From assembly GCA_000002435.2 (NCBI GenBank), contig CM018793.1: a stretch of DNA of 64,000 nucleotides; one strand, given 5' to 3'. This stretch comes from Giardia intestinalis. Lineage: Eukaryota. Below the pieces are notes generated by a model. It made no database searches, was not told the DNA's origin, and saw nothing but the letters and a program-made list of their open reading frames with translations. The translations under genes and the position numbers were made by a program. How positions within the stretch are numbered: position 1 is the stretch's first letter; each line of letters begins with the position of its first letter. Below, in pieces: positions 23,851 through 31,810 of the stretch.

Positions 23851-26823
23851 ATGTATTCGGGTCCTTACAATAGTGCACCTGCGGGTAATCCCTACGGTGG
23901 CCCTCCGCAGATGTCCTCTGGTGGTCCCTACGGCGCAGGCGCCCCACAGGCGGGCCCCGGCCCCTATGGTTCGTCCATGCCTTCGGCCAACGCAGGCCCT
24001 TACGGTGCCCCCGCGGGGCCCTATGGAGCCCAAGCCCAGGGAGCTTCTGGCCCCTATGGCGCGTCGCAGGCTGCTCCACAGCCAGCATCGGGCCCTTATG
24101 GGTCAACTGCCCCTGGATACGGTGCGTCAGCCCAGCCTTATGGAGCCGCTGCTTCCACCGCAGGCGTCGGCCCCTACGGCGCAGGCGCTCCATCGATGGG
24201 TGGTAGCGGGGTCGGTGGTCCTGGGCCGTACGCAAACCCTGGTGGCCCTTACGGCTCATCGGGCCAGCCACCTGCAGGGCTGTACGGCTCTGGCGCCCAG
24301 CCAGGTATGATGGGAGGTCCTTACGGCGCACAAGGGCAGATGGGCATGGGTGGTCCCGCTCCAGGGTACGAGCAGACTCGGATCCCGGGAATGGACGTAG
24401 GCGGGTATAGCCAGGGTCCTGTTGGGGGCCCGCAGACCATAGAACCGATCGAAGAGGTCAAGAGAGTGCGCTTCCACATGACGAACGGCTACGAGTTTTC
24501 TCTCTCCATCGCAATTCCTCACAAGACCCTTGTCCCTCGCACAGAGTGGATTCAGGACAAGGACGTGAACAACTGCCAGGGCTGCGACACGGCATTCACA
24601 CTTCTTAACCGCCGCCACCACTGCCGTAGGTGCGGACGCATATTTTGCAATGCTTGTTGCATCAAGCCAATTGATATCCTGAGCGATACTGGAACAGACA
24701 GGCTTTGCAAACTCTGCAAGGCTGTCATGCTTGTGGTGGACGGGCCTCCCAATCCCCTTGCTTACGACGTAAAGCAGTTTCTCGAGGACCAGAGCTTATC
24801 TGTGTATCTCACGTCGCAAGACCACTTAATGGCCGCCGAATACATCCGCCTTATCCAGAACAACCTCAGGAACAACGACTCTCGCACATTTCTGATGCAA
24901 TACAGGCCGCAGCTCATCTATAGAGCAGTCGAGCTTTTGGACCAGGCTGTTCGTTCAATCGTTGATCATGCCTCTCGGGTTCACTACATCACGCTCCCGC
25001 AGTCCCAGGGCGGATATGCCATCCCGAACGGTCCCCAAATGATGAATCTCCGAGATGCATCAACCATCATTTCACACTCACTCGGCCTCTTGATCAACCT
25101 GACGAGCACATCGAACAAGCAATTTGCTAGCGCCTTGGCCTACATCCGCGAGGTAGACACAATTGGCATAATAGTCTCGGTCCTTACTCCAGAGGTGGAC
25201 CTGGTCAAGCAGGAGTTGGCGATTTGGGCTCTCCGCAACATTACCGCAGATCCAGGGTGCATTCCTCGCATCATGGAGCATCGCAACTTTGTTCCTGGAG
25301 TGGCGCGCCTCCTCGGCACCGCTGTCCGTGCAACGGGAGAGTTCATTACAAGCCTGATTGGAAACATTGCCCTTGCTGCTCCTGACTATGTTCCGCGTCT
25401 CCTGCCGTCCAACCCTATACCGAATATGGTCGATACTCATGAGATCCTCAAGTTTATCATGCATAATATAGACATCACGGCGCATGTCACACAGTGCATG
25501 GCCATGCGCCTGATGGGTCTCTTTGCCAAGAACGCGCACTCTAAGGATATCCTCATCAACTACAAGGTTCACGAGTCCATTGTGGCTGCTTTAGCTAAGC
25601 GTGCTGTTGAGTTCTTTACGACTGCGGGCAATTCCGCGGCCATGGCCCTCGACTCGGCTCTTCGCTACGTCAGATCAGAGACGATGGCAAACCCCATGAA
25701 GGACGTTAACGAGGCCTACGTCATGTCTGGCGGATTCTTCGCCTTAGGGTGCTTTGTGGAGCTTGACGAGGAGGCTGTGACAAAGGCGATCATTGACGGA
25801 ATCTTTGGTTCTCGCGAGCTGACTCTTTACCTCATGAAGTCCATCTCCCGAGAGACGGCGTACACCTGTGTTGAGAGTTCCTACTTCCTTCGTGTTCTTC
25901 TTGCAGGTAGCACTAAGGAGGTGTCTGACCGAATCATCGGAGACGAACAGTACAAGAGTGATTTCATACGCAACGTTGTCATTGTCCTCGACCGCCCCTT
26001 CATTATGGAAACAGTCACCACCAATTGCCAGTCCATGCTGTCTGCGCTGCAGAACAGCGACAATAGCTCTTTAGCTACCGAAATAAATACTCGGCTCAAG
26101 GGAGGCGCCGGTTCGCAGGGCCAGGGTGGAGTTAACATTGCGGAGGCCTTGTCTTCGAACTATGCCGGCGCAGAGATGAACGAGACAGATCTCAAGAGGC
26201 AGGCTACAGGCCCCTATGGAGTCCCCAGTGGTATGAACATTTCTGGAATCCCCAACCCATATTCAATGCCCCAGCAACAGTGCCCTGTGATCCCGCAACA
26301 AGGGTACCAGGGACAACCGTCAGCAAGCCTCTATTCTGCAGGCCAGCCTCCTGTCTCTGCTGTTGGGGGCCAAGGTTTTGGGCAGTCTGGCGGGATGTAT
26401 GGCCAGGGAGTTCCGCAGCCGGCTTCGGGGGCACCTGGGCCGTACGGCTCTTCCGTTGCCTCCAATCTGTACGGAGCTGTTTCCTCGTCTAATCCGTATG
26501 CTGCGGGTAACCCTTCTGCGGGCTCTAACATGGGACCGTATGGTGCGCCCCAACAGGGCTACTCTGGAGCCGTTTCGGCACCAGCGCCTATGTCAGGCTC
26601 TTATGGGGCTGGAGTTCCTGTCTCGACATATGGATCCACTCCAGCGCCCGCCGGGCCTGGGGCTTCTGGGCCCTATGGAGCACCACAGACTTCCAACCCC
26701 TATGGTGCCCCTGCACCCGCCTCGAATCCTTATGGCGCCGCAACGGCACCAAATCCTTATGGGGCTCCTAGTGGATCTAATCCGTATAAGACGTCTAGTT
26801 TTCACAGTGAGGAGCTGGCGTGA
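23851..26823 (+). CDS. FYVE zinc-finger protein with ARM/HEAT-like central region and GPYG-repeat low-complexity N- and C-termini
   Basis: The FYVE finger is 'WIQDKDVNNCQGCDTAFTLLNRRHHCRRCGRIFCNACC...DRLCKLCK' (nt ~24541-24750). The N-terminal ~170 aa and C-terminal ~200 aa are built from (G)PYG(A/S)x repeats. ATG at 23851 is preceded by 'aaaacaa'. Confidence 0.8.
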   Translation: MYSGPYNSAPAGNPYGGPPQMSSGGPYGAGAPQAGPGPYGSSMPSANAGPYGAPAGPYGAQAQGASGPYGASQAAPQPASGPYGSTAPGYGASAQPYGAAASTAGVGPYGAGAPSMGGSGVGGPGPYANPGGPYGSSGQPPAGLYGSGAQPGMMGGPYGAQGQMGMGGPAPGYEQTRIPGMDVGGYSQGPVGGPQTIEPIEEVKRVRFHMTNGYEFSLSIAIPHKTLVPRTEWIQDKDVNNCQGCDTAFTLLNRRHHCRRCGRIFCNACCIKPIDILSDTGTDRLCKLCKAVMLVVDGPPNPLAYDVKQFLEDQSLSVYLTSQDHLMAAEYIRLIQNNLRNNDSRTFLMQYRPQLIYRAVELLDQAVRSIVDHASRVHYITLPQSQGGYAIPNGPQMMNLRDASTIISHSLGLLINLTSTSNKQFASALAYIREVDTIGIIVSVLTPEVDLVKQELAIWALRNITADPGCIPRIMEHRNFVPGVARLLGTAVRATGEFITSLIGNIALAAPDYVPRLLPSNPIPNMVDTHEILKFIMHNIDITAHVTQCMAMRLMGLFAKNAHSKDILINYKVHESIVAALAKRAVEFFTTAGNSAAMALDSALRYVRSETMANPMKDVNEAYVMSGGFFALGCFVELDEEAVTKAIIDGIFGSRELTLYLMKSISRETAYTCVESSYFLRVLLAGSTKEVSDRIIGDEQYKSDFIRNVVIVLDRPFIMETVTTNCQSMLSALQNSDNSSLATEINTRLKGGAGSQGQGGVNIAEALSSNYAGAEMNETDLKRQATGPYGVPSGMNISGIPNPYSMPQQQCPVIPQQGYQGQPSASLYSAGQPPVSAVGGQGFGQSGGMYGQGVPQPASGAPGPYGSSVASNLYGAVSSSNPYAAGNPSAGSNMGPYGAPQQGYSGAVSAPAPMSGSYGAGVPVSTYGSTPAPAGPGASGPYGAPQTSNPYGAPAPASNPYGAATAPNPYGAPSGSNPYKTSSFHSEELA

Positions 26824-26831
26824 TGCGCCCT

Positions 26832-26838
26832 AGTAAAT
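26832..26838 (+). promoter_or_regulatory. AGTAAAT polyadenylation-type signal, 9 nt after the FYVE gene stop
   Basis: Sequence is tgatgcgcccTAGTAAATct, matching AGTRAAY. Confidence 0.45.
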
Positions 26839-26860
26839 CTGTTGGCATAAATATTCTAAA

Positions 26861-28459
26861 ATGGGTCGAGACTTCCATGACTATTTGGACGAGGACAAGC
26901 CCGCTGCAGAGTCTTCGATAGGCTCGGGGACCGATAAGACTCTTAACTCAACCATCATGAAGCTTACGACAGCAAATGTGAACGTCCTCTTGTGGTCCAC
27001 AGCGCTCCCCTACATATGCGGTTTTCTTCTAGAAGGGCTTGCCTTCATCGGTGACTACAATTTAGTCATCTACTACCCCGGCTTTGTGGGCCTCTTTGGA
27101 ATGGCCCTTGCATATCCTGTGGAGATATTAATGTGCAAGAACATTACACTGGGGTATGGCTTAGCAACAGCAAGCGCCATCCAGAAGGCTCTAGCAAAGA
27201 ATAAGGCGTCGCTAGCCAGCTCCTACCTTGCCCACTACATAATGCTCAGCCTCCTCTGGTCTATTCTGTGCACAATTTGCTTAACACCGTCGGCGGTCCC
27301 ATTGCTGAAATTCATGGATAATCACCAAGGAAATGAACGCGGCATGGCGTACTCTCGTATCGTCTTTTCGACACAGAACTTTGCCAACATATTTAGTAAC
27401 TCCATTAGTCAAGTCCTTGCTGTTGAAAACCGAGTAGCGCTCAACTTCTTCCGCCATCTCGGCTCTTCCTTTCTATTCATCCTCTTCGATTATATAATAT
27501 ACTTTATATCAAGCTTCTATTCCTCCAAGATTCCCGAGCTTTGCCAATCGTCTGCCATTGCATATACCTTGGCTCATACCGTCATAAGCGTGTGGATCCT
27601 CTGCGTTCTTTTTAAGAGAACCGCGTTCGATATTCCAATAAAAACCTCTCTTGATCTAAAGCTCAAGCGATTCTGGCCACTGAAGCCAAAGATCATCAAG
27701 ACCATTATAGTCGGGAGCCTTCCCCCAATCTTGTTCAACTCTACAATTCCAGCGACTATTCTAGTGTGCAATATCCTCGTTAGTCGATATTATACTTCCT
27801 TAGAGACGATTAACGCATCTAGGCTGAAATTCATTACCTACCTCCGGTATAATAATCTATTTATGTTTATCAACAACGGATTTAACCAAGCATTTATCAC
27901 CACTTGCGGCTTCAACTTGGGCCTCAGGAACTATGGCCGTGTACGCCAGCTGATAGTTGCCTCTGCGCTTTGGACCCTTGTGCTTTCTGCAATCCTAGGC
28001 ATACTGATGTTTATCTTTTACAAGAGCGTTGCCCAGCTCTTCTATCCTATTCTTGCGTATCACCAGGCAGAGCTGGAGTGGAAGGATACACAAAGACAGT
28101 ATGAGGAGACCTACGAGGCAGTGGCCCTTGCCTCCCTAGGGCCTATATGGATGGGCCTCTTCATGACTGTGAGCTCTATTGCACAGCTTGAAGACAAGTT
28201 TCTTGTGTTTGTGCTTTTGCAGACATCGCGCATTGTTGTACCGATTATCTTTGCTATATCGGCAGGCCTCTTGATCCAGGACAACGCGAAGCTATTAACG
28301 GCTCTTCCAATCGGTGACGGGATTGCTGGCATGTGCTGCCTTACATTTTTGTTCTACTACTTGCAAAAGTATAAGCACCTAAGCCTTATTGAGCAATCAC
28401 GAAAGGAGAATGAGGCATTAGAGGCACAAATAGCAAATCTGGACGCTCTGAACGACTGA
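26861..28459 (+). CDS. polytopic membrane transporter, MATE/MOP-superfamily-like (about 12 predicted TM helices)
   Basis: 532 aa with about 12 hydrophobic helices in two 6-TM halves. Size and topology are consistent with a MATE efflux protein; no soluble domains. ATG at 26861. Family assignment is by architecture only. Confidence 0.45.
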   Translation: MGRDFHDYLDEDKPAAESSIGSGTDKTLNSTIMKLTTANVNVLLWSTALPYICGFLLEGLAFIGDYNLVIYYPGFVGLFGMALAYPVEILMCKNITLGYGLATASAIQKALAKNKASLASSYLAHYIMLSLLWSILCTICLTPSAVPLLKFMDNHQGNERGMAYSRIVFSTQNFANIFSNSISQVLAVENRVALNFFRHLGSSFLFILFDYIIYFISSFYSSKIPELCQSSAIAYTLAHTVISVWILCVLFKRTAFDIPIKTSLDLKLKRFWPLKPKIIKTIIVGSLPPILFNSTIPATILVCNILVSRYYTSLETINASRLKFITYLRYNNLFMFINNGFNQAFITTCGFNLGLRNYGRVRQLIVASALWTLVLSAILGILMFIFYKSVAQLFYPILAYHQAELEWKDTQRQYEETYEAVALASLGPIWMGLFMTVSSIAQLEDKFLVFVLLQTSRIVVPIIFAISAGLLIQDNAKLLTALPIGDGIAGMCCLTFLFYYLQKYKHLSLIEQSRKENEALEAQIANLDALND

Positions 28460-28525
28460 TACATCTGCGCTACGCCGTGCACCAGGTTCCTCCATTTTCA
28501 CTTGAGAGGAGGCATTACCAACAGT

Positions 28526-30007
28526 TTACAATAGAGGAAGAAGCTCATTCATGCCCATTTTCTCAGCTGCAGCGCGTGGAGATATTCTATCGACCTTTAT
28601 GTCCTTTTCATGCGAAGCCATGAGCCTGGCAAACTCCAAATTTCTGTTTTCTATCGCATAGAGCAAAGCAGTGAATCCAGAGAGTGACCTCATTCTCTTC
28701 TCGTCATCGAGGAGGATCCTTCCTGCTTCCACGTTGTTAGTAACGGCTGCAATCATCAGGGCTGTCATGCCGTCCAAGCGTTGCTTTCGCTTATGGCTAT
28801 CAATGTGGCGCTTCACGCCGTCTATGTCGTTGTCTTTTACTGCGTCTATGAGAGGCGTGGTACTTTTGAGGATTATATCGTTGAGATCGCCGGCCGAAAG
28901 GGGCTTTAACGCAGCATTGGACACGTCTAGGCTTACAGGATCAATCTTGACGTCCTGAATATCCAGAGGAACAGGTACTGCTTTTGCACAATTATCTTGA
29001 CTGTCTCCTACGCGGCCCTCAGCAGCATCGCCTAATTTTGAAAAGTCGTGCAAGCCAAAAAGGTTGATGGTGATCGCGTTGGCAGCAATGGATGGGCTGT
29101 CCACAATCCTGATGTGACCATATCTCCCCTCTTCGGCCCACTTCTTTGTTATGCTCTGAACCTCCGGGGACTTGATGATGTCGGATGCAGAGGGTCGATC
29201 GTCAGGGTGGTACTTTATCATGGCTGAAATGATCCTGACAAACTCAGTGCTGTATCCAGGTATTGACAGCTGCGACGACGACACTTTCCTCGCCCTCTCG
29301 AGACGATCTCTGTCTGTGGGGCCTGTGATGAGATACTTTTGCGCAGCCAATTCGTACATGGTGCACCCAAGGGACCAAATGTCGAAGGATGTGGTGTATG
29401 TTCTAGACTCAAAAGATTCTGGGGGCATGTATATGGGCGTCCCGACAATCGTCATTGCCATATGCTCCTGAGCATTCTCATAAAGGCGGCAGACGCCAAA
29501 GTCTGCAAGCTTCACCTGCATGTCATCCCCGATGAGCAGATTTGCAGGCTTGATATCGCGGTGAATGACGGCCTTCCCCGTCGCATTAAATGGAGAGTGA
29601 CAGTAACTCAGCGCCAAGAGCACTTGGATCATGATTGCCCAAAGAAGATCCTCGTCGATTTTCTTTCCATGCTTCTTATGATCTGTCAGAAATTTGAGCA
29701 TGTCGCCGTTCTTGTAATAGTCCATGATGATTGAGTAGCTGTTTTCATCCACATCATCGAACACTTCATAGTACTTCACAATATTCGGGTGGTCGAGCTT
29801 CATCGTAATATCGATTTCGTTGGTGACTAGCTCCTTTGCTTTCGAGCTGAGACAGGAGTACATGATCTTCTTACAGCAGAGAAGCTTATCCTTTTGCGCA
29901 GATGTCACGGCATACACCTTTCCATAGCTGCCTGTCCCAACAACGCGATCTATGGTGTATTTGTCGGTGACTGACCCCTTTTGAATAAACACCGGCTCCT
30001 CTGTCAT
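28526..30007 (-). CDS. NEK-family serine/threonine protein kinase with C-terminal ankyrin repeats
   Basis: Gly loop GTGSYGKVY, catalytic loop VIHRDIKPANLL, DFG (KLADFGVCRL), APE-like MPPESF and 'DIWSLGCTMYEL'. The C-terminus has two TALM-type ankyrin repeats (GMTALMIAAVTNN, GFTALLYAIENRN). ATG at 30007 (complement). Kinase domain ~29167-29959. Confidence 0.9.
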   Translation of the reverse strand: MTEEPVFIQKGSVTDKYTIDRVVGTGSYGKVYAVTSAQKDKLLCCKKIMYSCLSSKAKELVTNEIDITMKLDHPNIVKYYEVFDDVDENSYSIIMDYYKNGDMLKFLTDHKKHGKKIDEDLLWAIMIQVLLALSYCHSPFNATGKAVIHRDIKPANLLIGDDMQVKLADFGVCRLYENAQEHMAMTIVGTPIYMPPESFESRTYTTSFDIWSLGCTMYELAAQKYLITGPTDRDRLERARKVSSSQLSIPGYSTEFVRIISAMIKYHPDDRPSASDIIKSPEVQSITKKWAEEGRYGHIRIVDSPSIAANAITINLFGLHDFSKLGDAAEGRVGDSQDNCAKAVPVPLDIQDVKIDPVSLDVSNAALKPLSAGDLNDIILKSTTPLIDAVKDNDIDGVKRHIDSHKRKQRLDGMTALMIAAVTNNVEAGRILLDDEKRMRSLSGFTALLYAIENRNLEFARLMASHEKDIKVDRISPRAAAEKMGMNELLPLL

Positions 30008-30050
30008 AAAAGAGTTTTTTATATTTGTACTGATTGAGGCTAATATTAAT

Positions 30051-31493
30051 TTACAGGCTCCGAACAGCAGAAAGGCCCCGGTTGGAAGAAACGGGGGGCA
30101 GCTGGTCTGCCGTCAGAATACCTCTTTCTAGAAGCATCGGCGCGAGCCTCTGCAGTCTTCCCCGAATCTGCACATCTGTCCGGTTCGGCATGAGGGCACT
30201 TATGGCCTTCCAGTTCCGCGAGGGGCAGACCTTGACGGCAGCGATGAGCTGCATGTCCTCCTCAGCCGGCCAGTTTCCCTTTGTGATCTTAGGGTCGATC
30301 GTTCTCAGCCATCGCTGATTGCATTGGTCGGCAGTGCGTCGCGGAAGGTTATGTCCGTTTATGTATATGAAGTCTGCGATTTTTCGCCAGTTCTTCGCCT
30401 TAAACATACCCACGGCGATCTCGAGCAGTTGGTCTTCTTCTTTAGACCAAGTAGCTGTTTCCTTATGGCTGCGAGAGCAGGGCTGGCGCGCCACTGCCGA
30501 CAGGGACGGTGCAGAGGCTCGCGTGGCAGGAATGCAGGGCTCTTGCTTCATGGGAATTGTACTAGGTGTGTGTAGACTCTTTTGTATAGCCGACCCCGGG
30601 GGGATCCCAGAGATGCCCGATAGCTTGTGGGTTGGTCGATCGACTGTAACGGGAAGGAGGGATATGGGAACGCGATCTAGCGGTGCCTGGGATGTGGTTA
30701 TCTGGGCAGGGTAAGGCAGGCCTGCATGGGCCAAGGCGAAGATGGGAATGGGGGGCACCGGAGGAACCAGGATTGCAGAGTTGATGGCAGCCACATCAGC
30801 CTTAGAAAGTAGCTGTGCAGAATCACACGGAACCTTGATATTCTCCAACTCCGAAGCAATGGGAGAAGAATCAAAGGAGATCTGCGAGGGGAAGGCAGTA
30901 GAATCAGAAGAGGCACACGACCCCAGCCCGGGGTGTGTGGAGACAACGAACGCCGTGCTATCGAGGCTGTGATCGCTGAGCTGGATCGTCGAACTAGATG
31001 CGCCCACCTCGTACTCTGAAGAAGCATAGTCGGTCCCGTTGGGAGTAGACGTCTGAGTCTGGCTGGAGACGGCAATTGCCTCCACCATTCTCTTGGATGT
31101 GTAGCACGTGGTAAAGAGGGATCTATATATCTCTAAAAGTCGTATGTCTAGTGATGAAGCTGCAGAGGGACAGGTAAATTGCTTAGAAGGCTCACTACCC
31201 GCCTCACCAGCATTGCTGCTACTGCCAGCAGATGGCGCTGACATCGCTGATAACTGCGCGTGAAACGAGTTGGTGATTGCGTAGAGGAGCTCCTGAACGA
31301 GAAGATAAAGGGCTTTGAGGCCCTTGACTCGCCATTTGTCTGTCTCTGCGTCTATCAAAAAGGGTGTCTGCAGAAATCTATCCATTGGACACGGGAGCTC
31401 TGCTGTACCGCCTAAATTTTGCGTATTGTTGTTTGTGGCCCTAGTACTGCATCCAGCGGTAGAGACCGCCCCGTCCAGCCTGGTGTTAGACAT
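30051..31493 (-). CDS. Myb-family transcription factor (two tandem Myb/SANT repeats, R2R3-type, C-terminal)
   Basis: 'WSKEEDQLLEIAVGMFKAKNWRKIADFI...RTADQCNQRWLRTIDPKITKGNWPAEEDMQLIAAVKVCPSRNWKAISALMPNRTDVQIRGRLQRL' has the W...W...W spacing of two Myb repeats (nt ~30158-30473). ATG at 31493 (complement). Possibly the encystation-associated Myb of Giardia, but this is unverified. Confidence 0.8.
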   Translation of the reverse strand: MSNTRLDGAVSTAGCSTRATNNNTQNLGGTAELPCPMDRFLQTPFLIDAETDKWRVKGLKALYLLVQELLYAITNSFHAQLSAMSAPSAGSSSNAGEAGSEPSKQFTCPSAASSLDIRLLEIYRSLFTTCYTSKRMVEAIAVSSQTQTSTPNGTDYASSEYEVGASSSTIQLSDHSLDSTAFVVSTHPGLGSCASSDSTAFPSQISFDSSPIASELENIKVPCDSAQLLSKADVAAINSAILVPPVPPIPIFALAHAGLPYPAQITTSQAPLDRVPISLLPVTVDRPTHKLSGISGIPPGSAIQKSLHTPSTIPMKQEPCIPATRASAPSLSAVARQPCSRSHKETATWSKEEDQLLEIAVGMFKAKNWRKIADFIYINGHNLPRRTADQCNQRWLRTIDPKITKGNWPAEEDMQLIAAVKVCPSRNWKAISALMPNRTDVQIRGRLQRLAPMLLERGILTADQLPPVSSNRGLSAVRSL

Positions 31494-31810
31494 GCTAGCA
31501 ATGTAGTTCGGTTGTGTTTTTTAATCTGAGCTGTATGCCAGCTATACACACGCCGTCAGAAGAATTTGGAAAGTCCAATTAATCCGTGTATATTGCAATA
31601 GACAGACTTCCAGATTCACATTGCACAGCACGAGGTTACCGGATACTGCGGCGAAACATAAGAGCTGGTTGATTTCAAAATGCTAGTTCCCGAATAATTC
31701 TAGAGGACGCTCCAGTAGTTCCGAAGAAGCACTGCATCCTACATCTGGTGCTATACTTCTAACAGTAGGCTCTAACAGAGTAAACAGTAAATATACTGTA
31801 TGGCCAAAAA

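Noticed and set aside
23207-24331. Cluster of 100-190-codon overlapping ORFs (23207..23668 +, 23753..24331 -, 23873..24310 +) rich in Arg/Pro/Ala
   Set aside because: All lie on alternative frames or strands of the MCT-1 and FYVE genes in the GC-rich repeat region. Their composition is typical of frame-shifted GC-rich repeats.
30319-30714. 131-aa plus-strand ORF antisense to the Myb gene
   Set aside because: It lies inside the Myb coding region on the opposite strand in a Ser/Ala/Gly-rich segment, which is a GC-rich antisense artefact.
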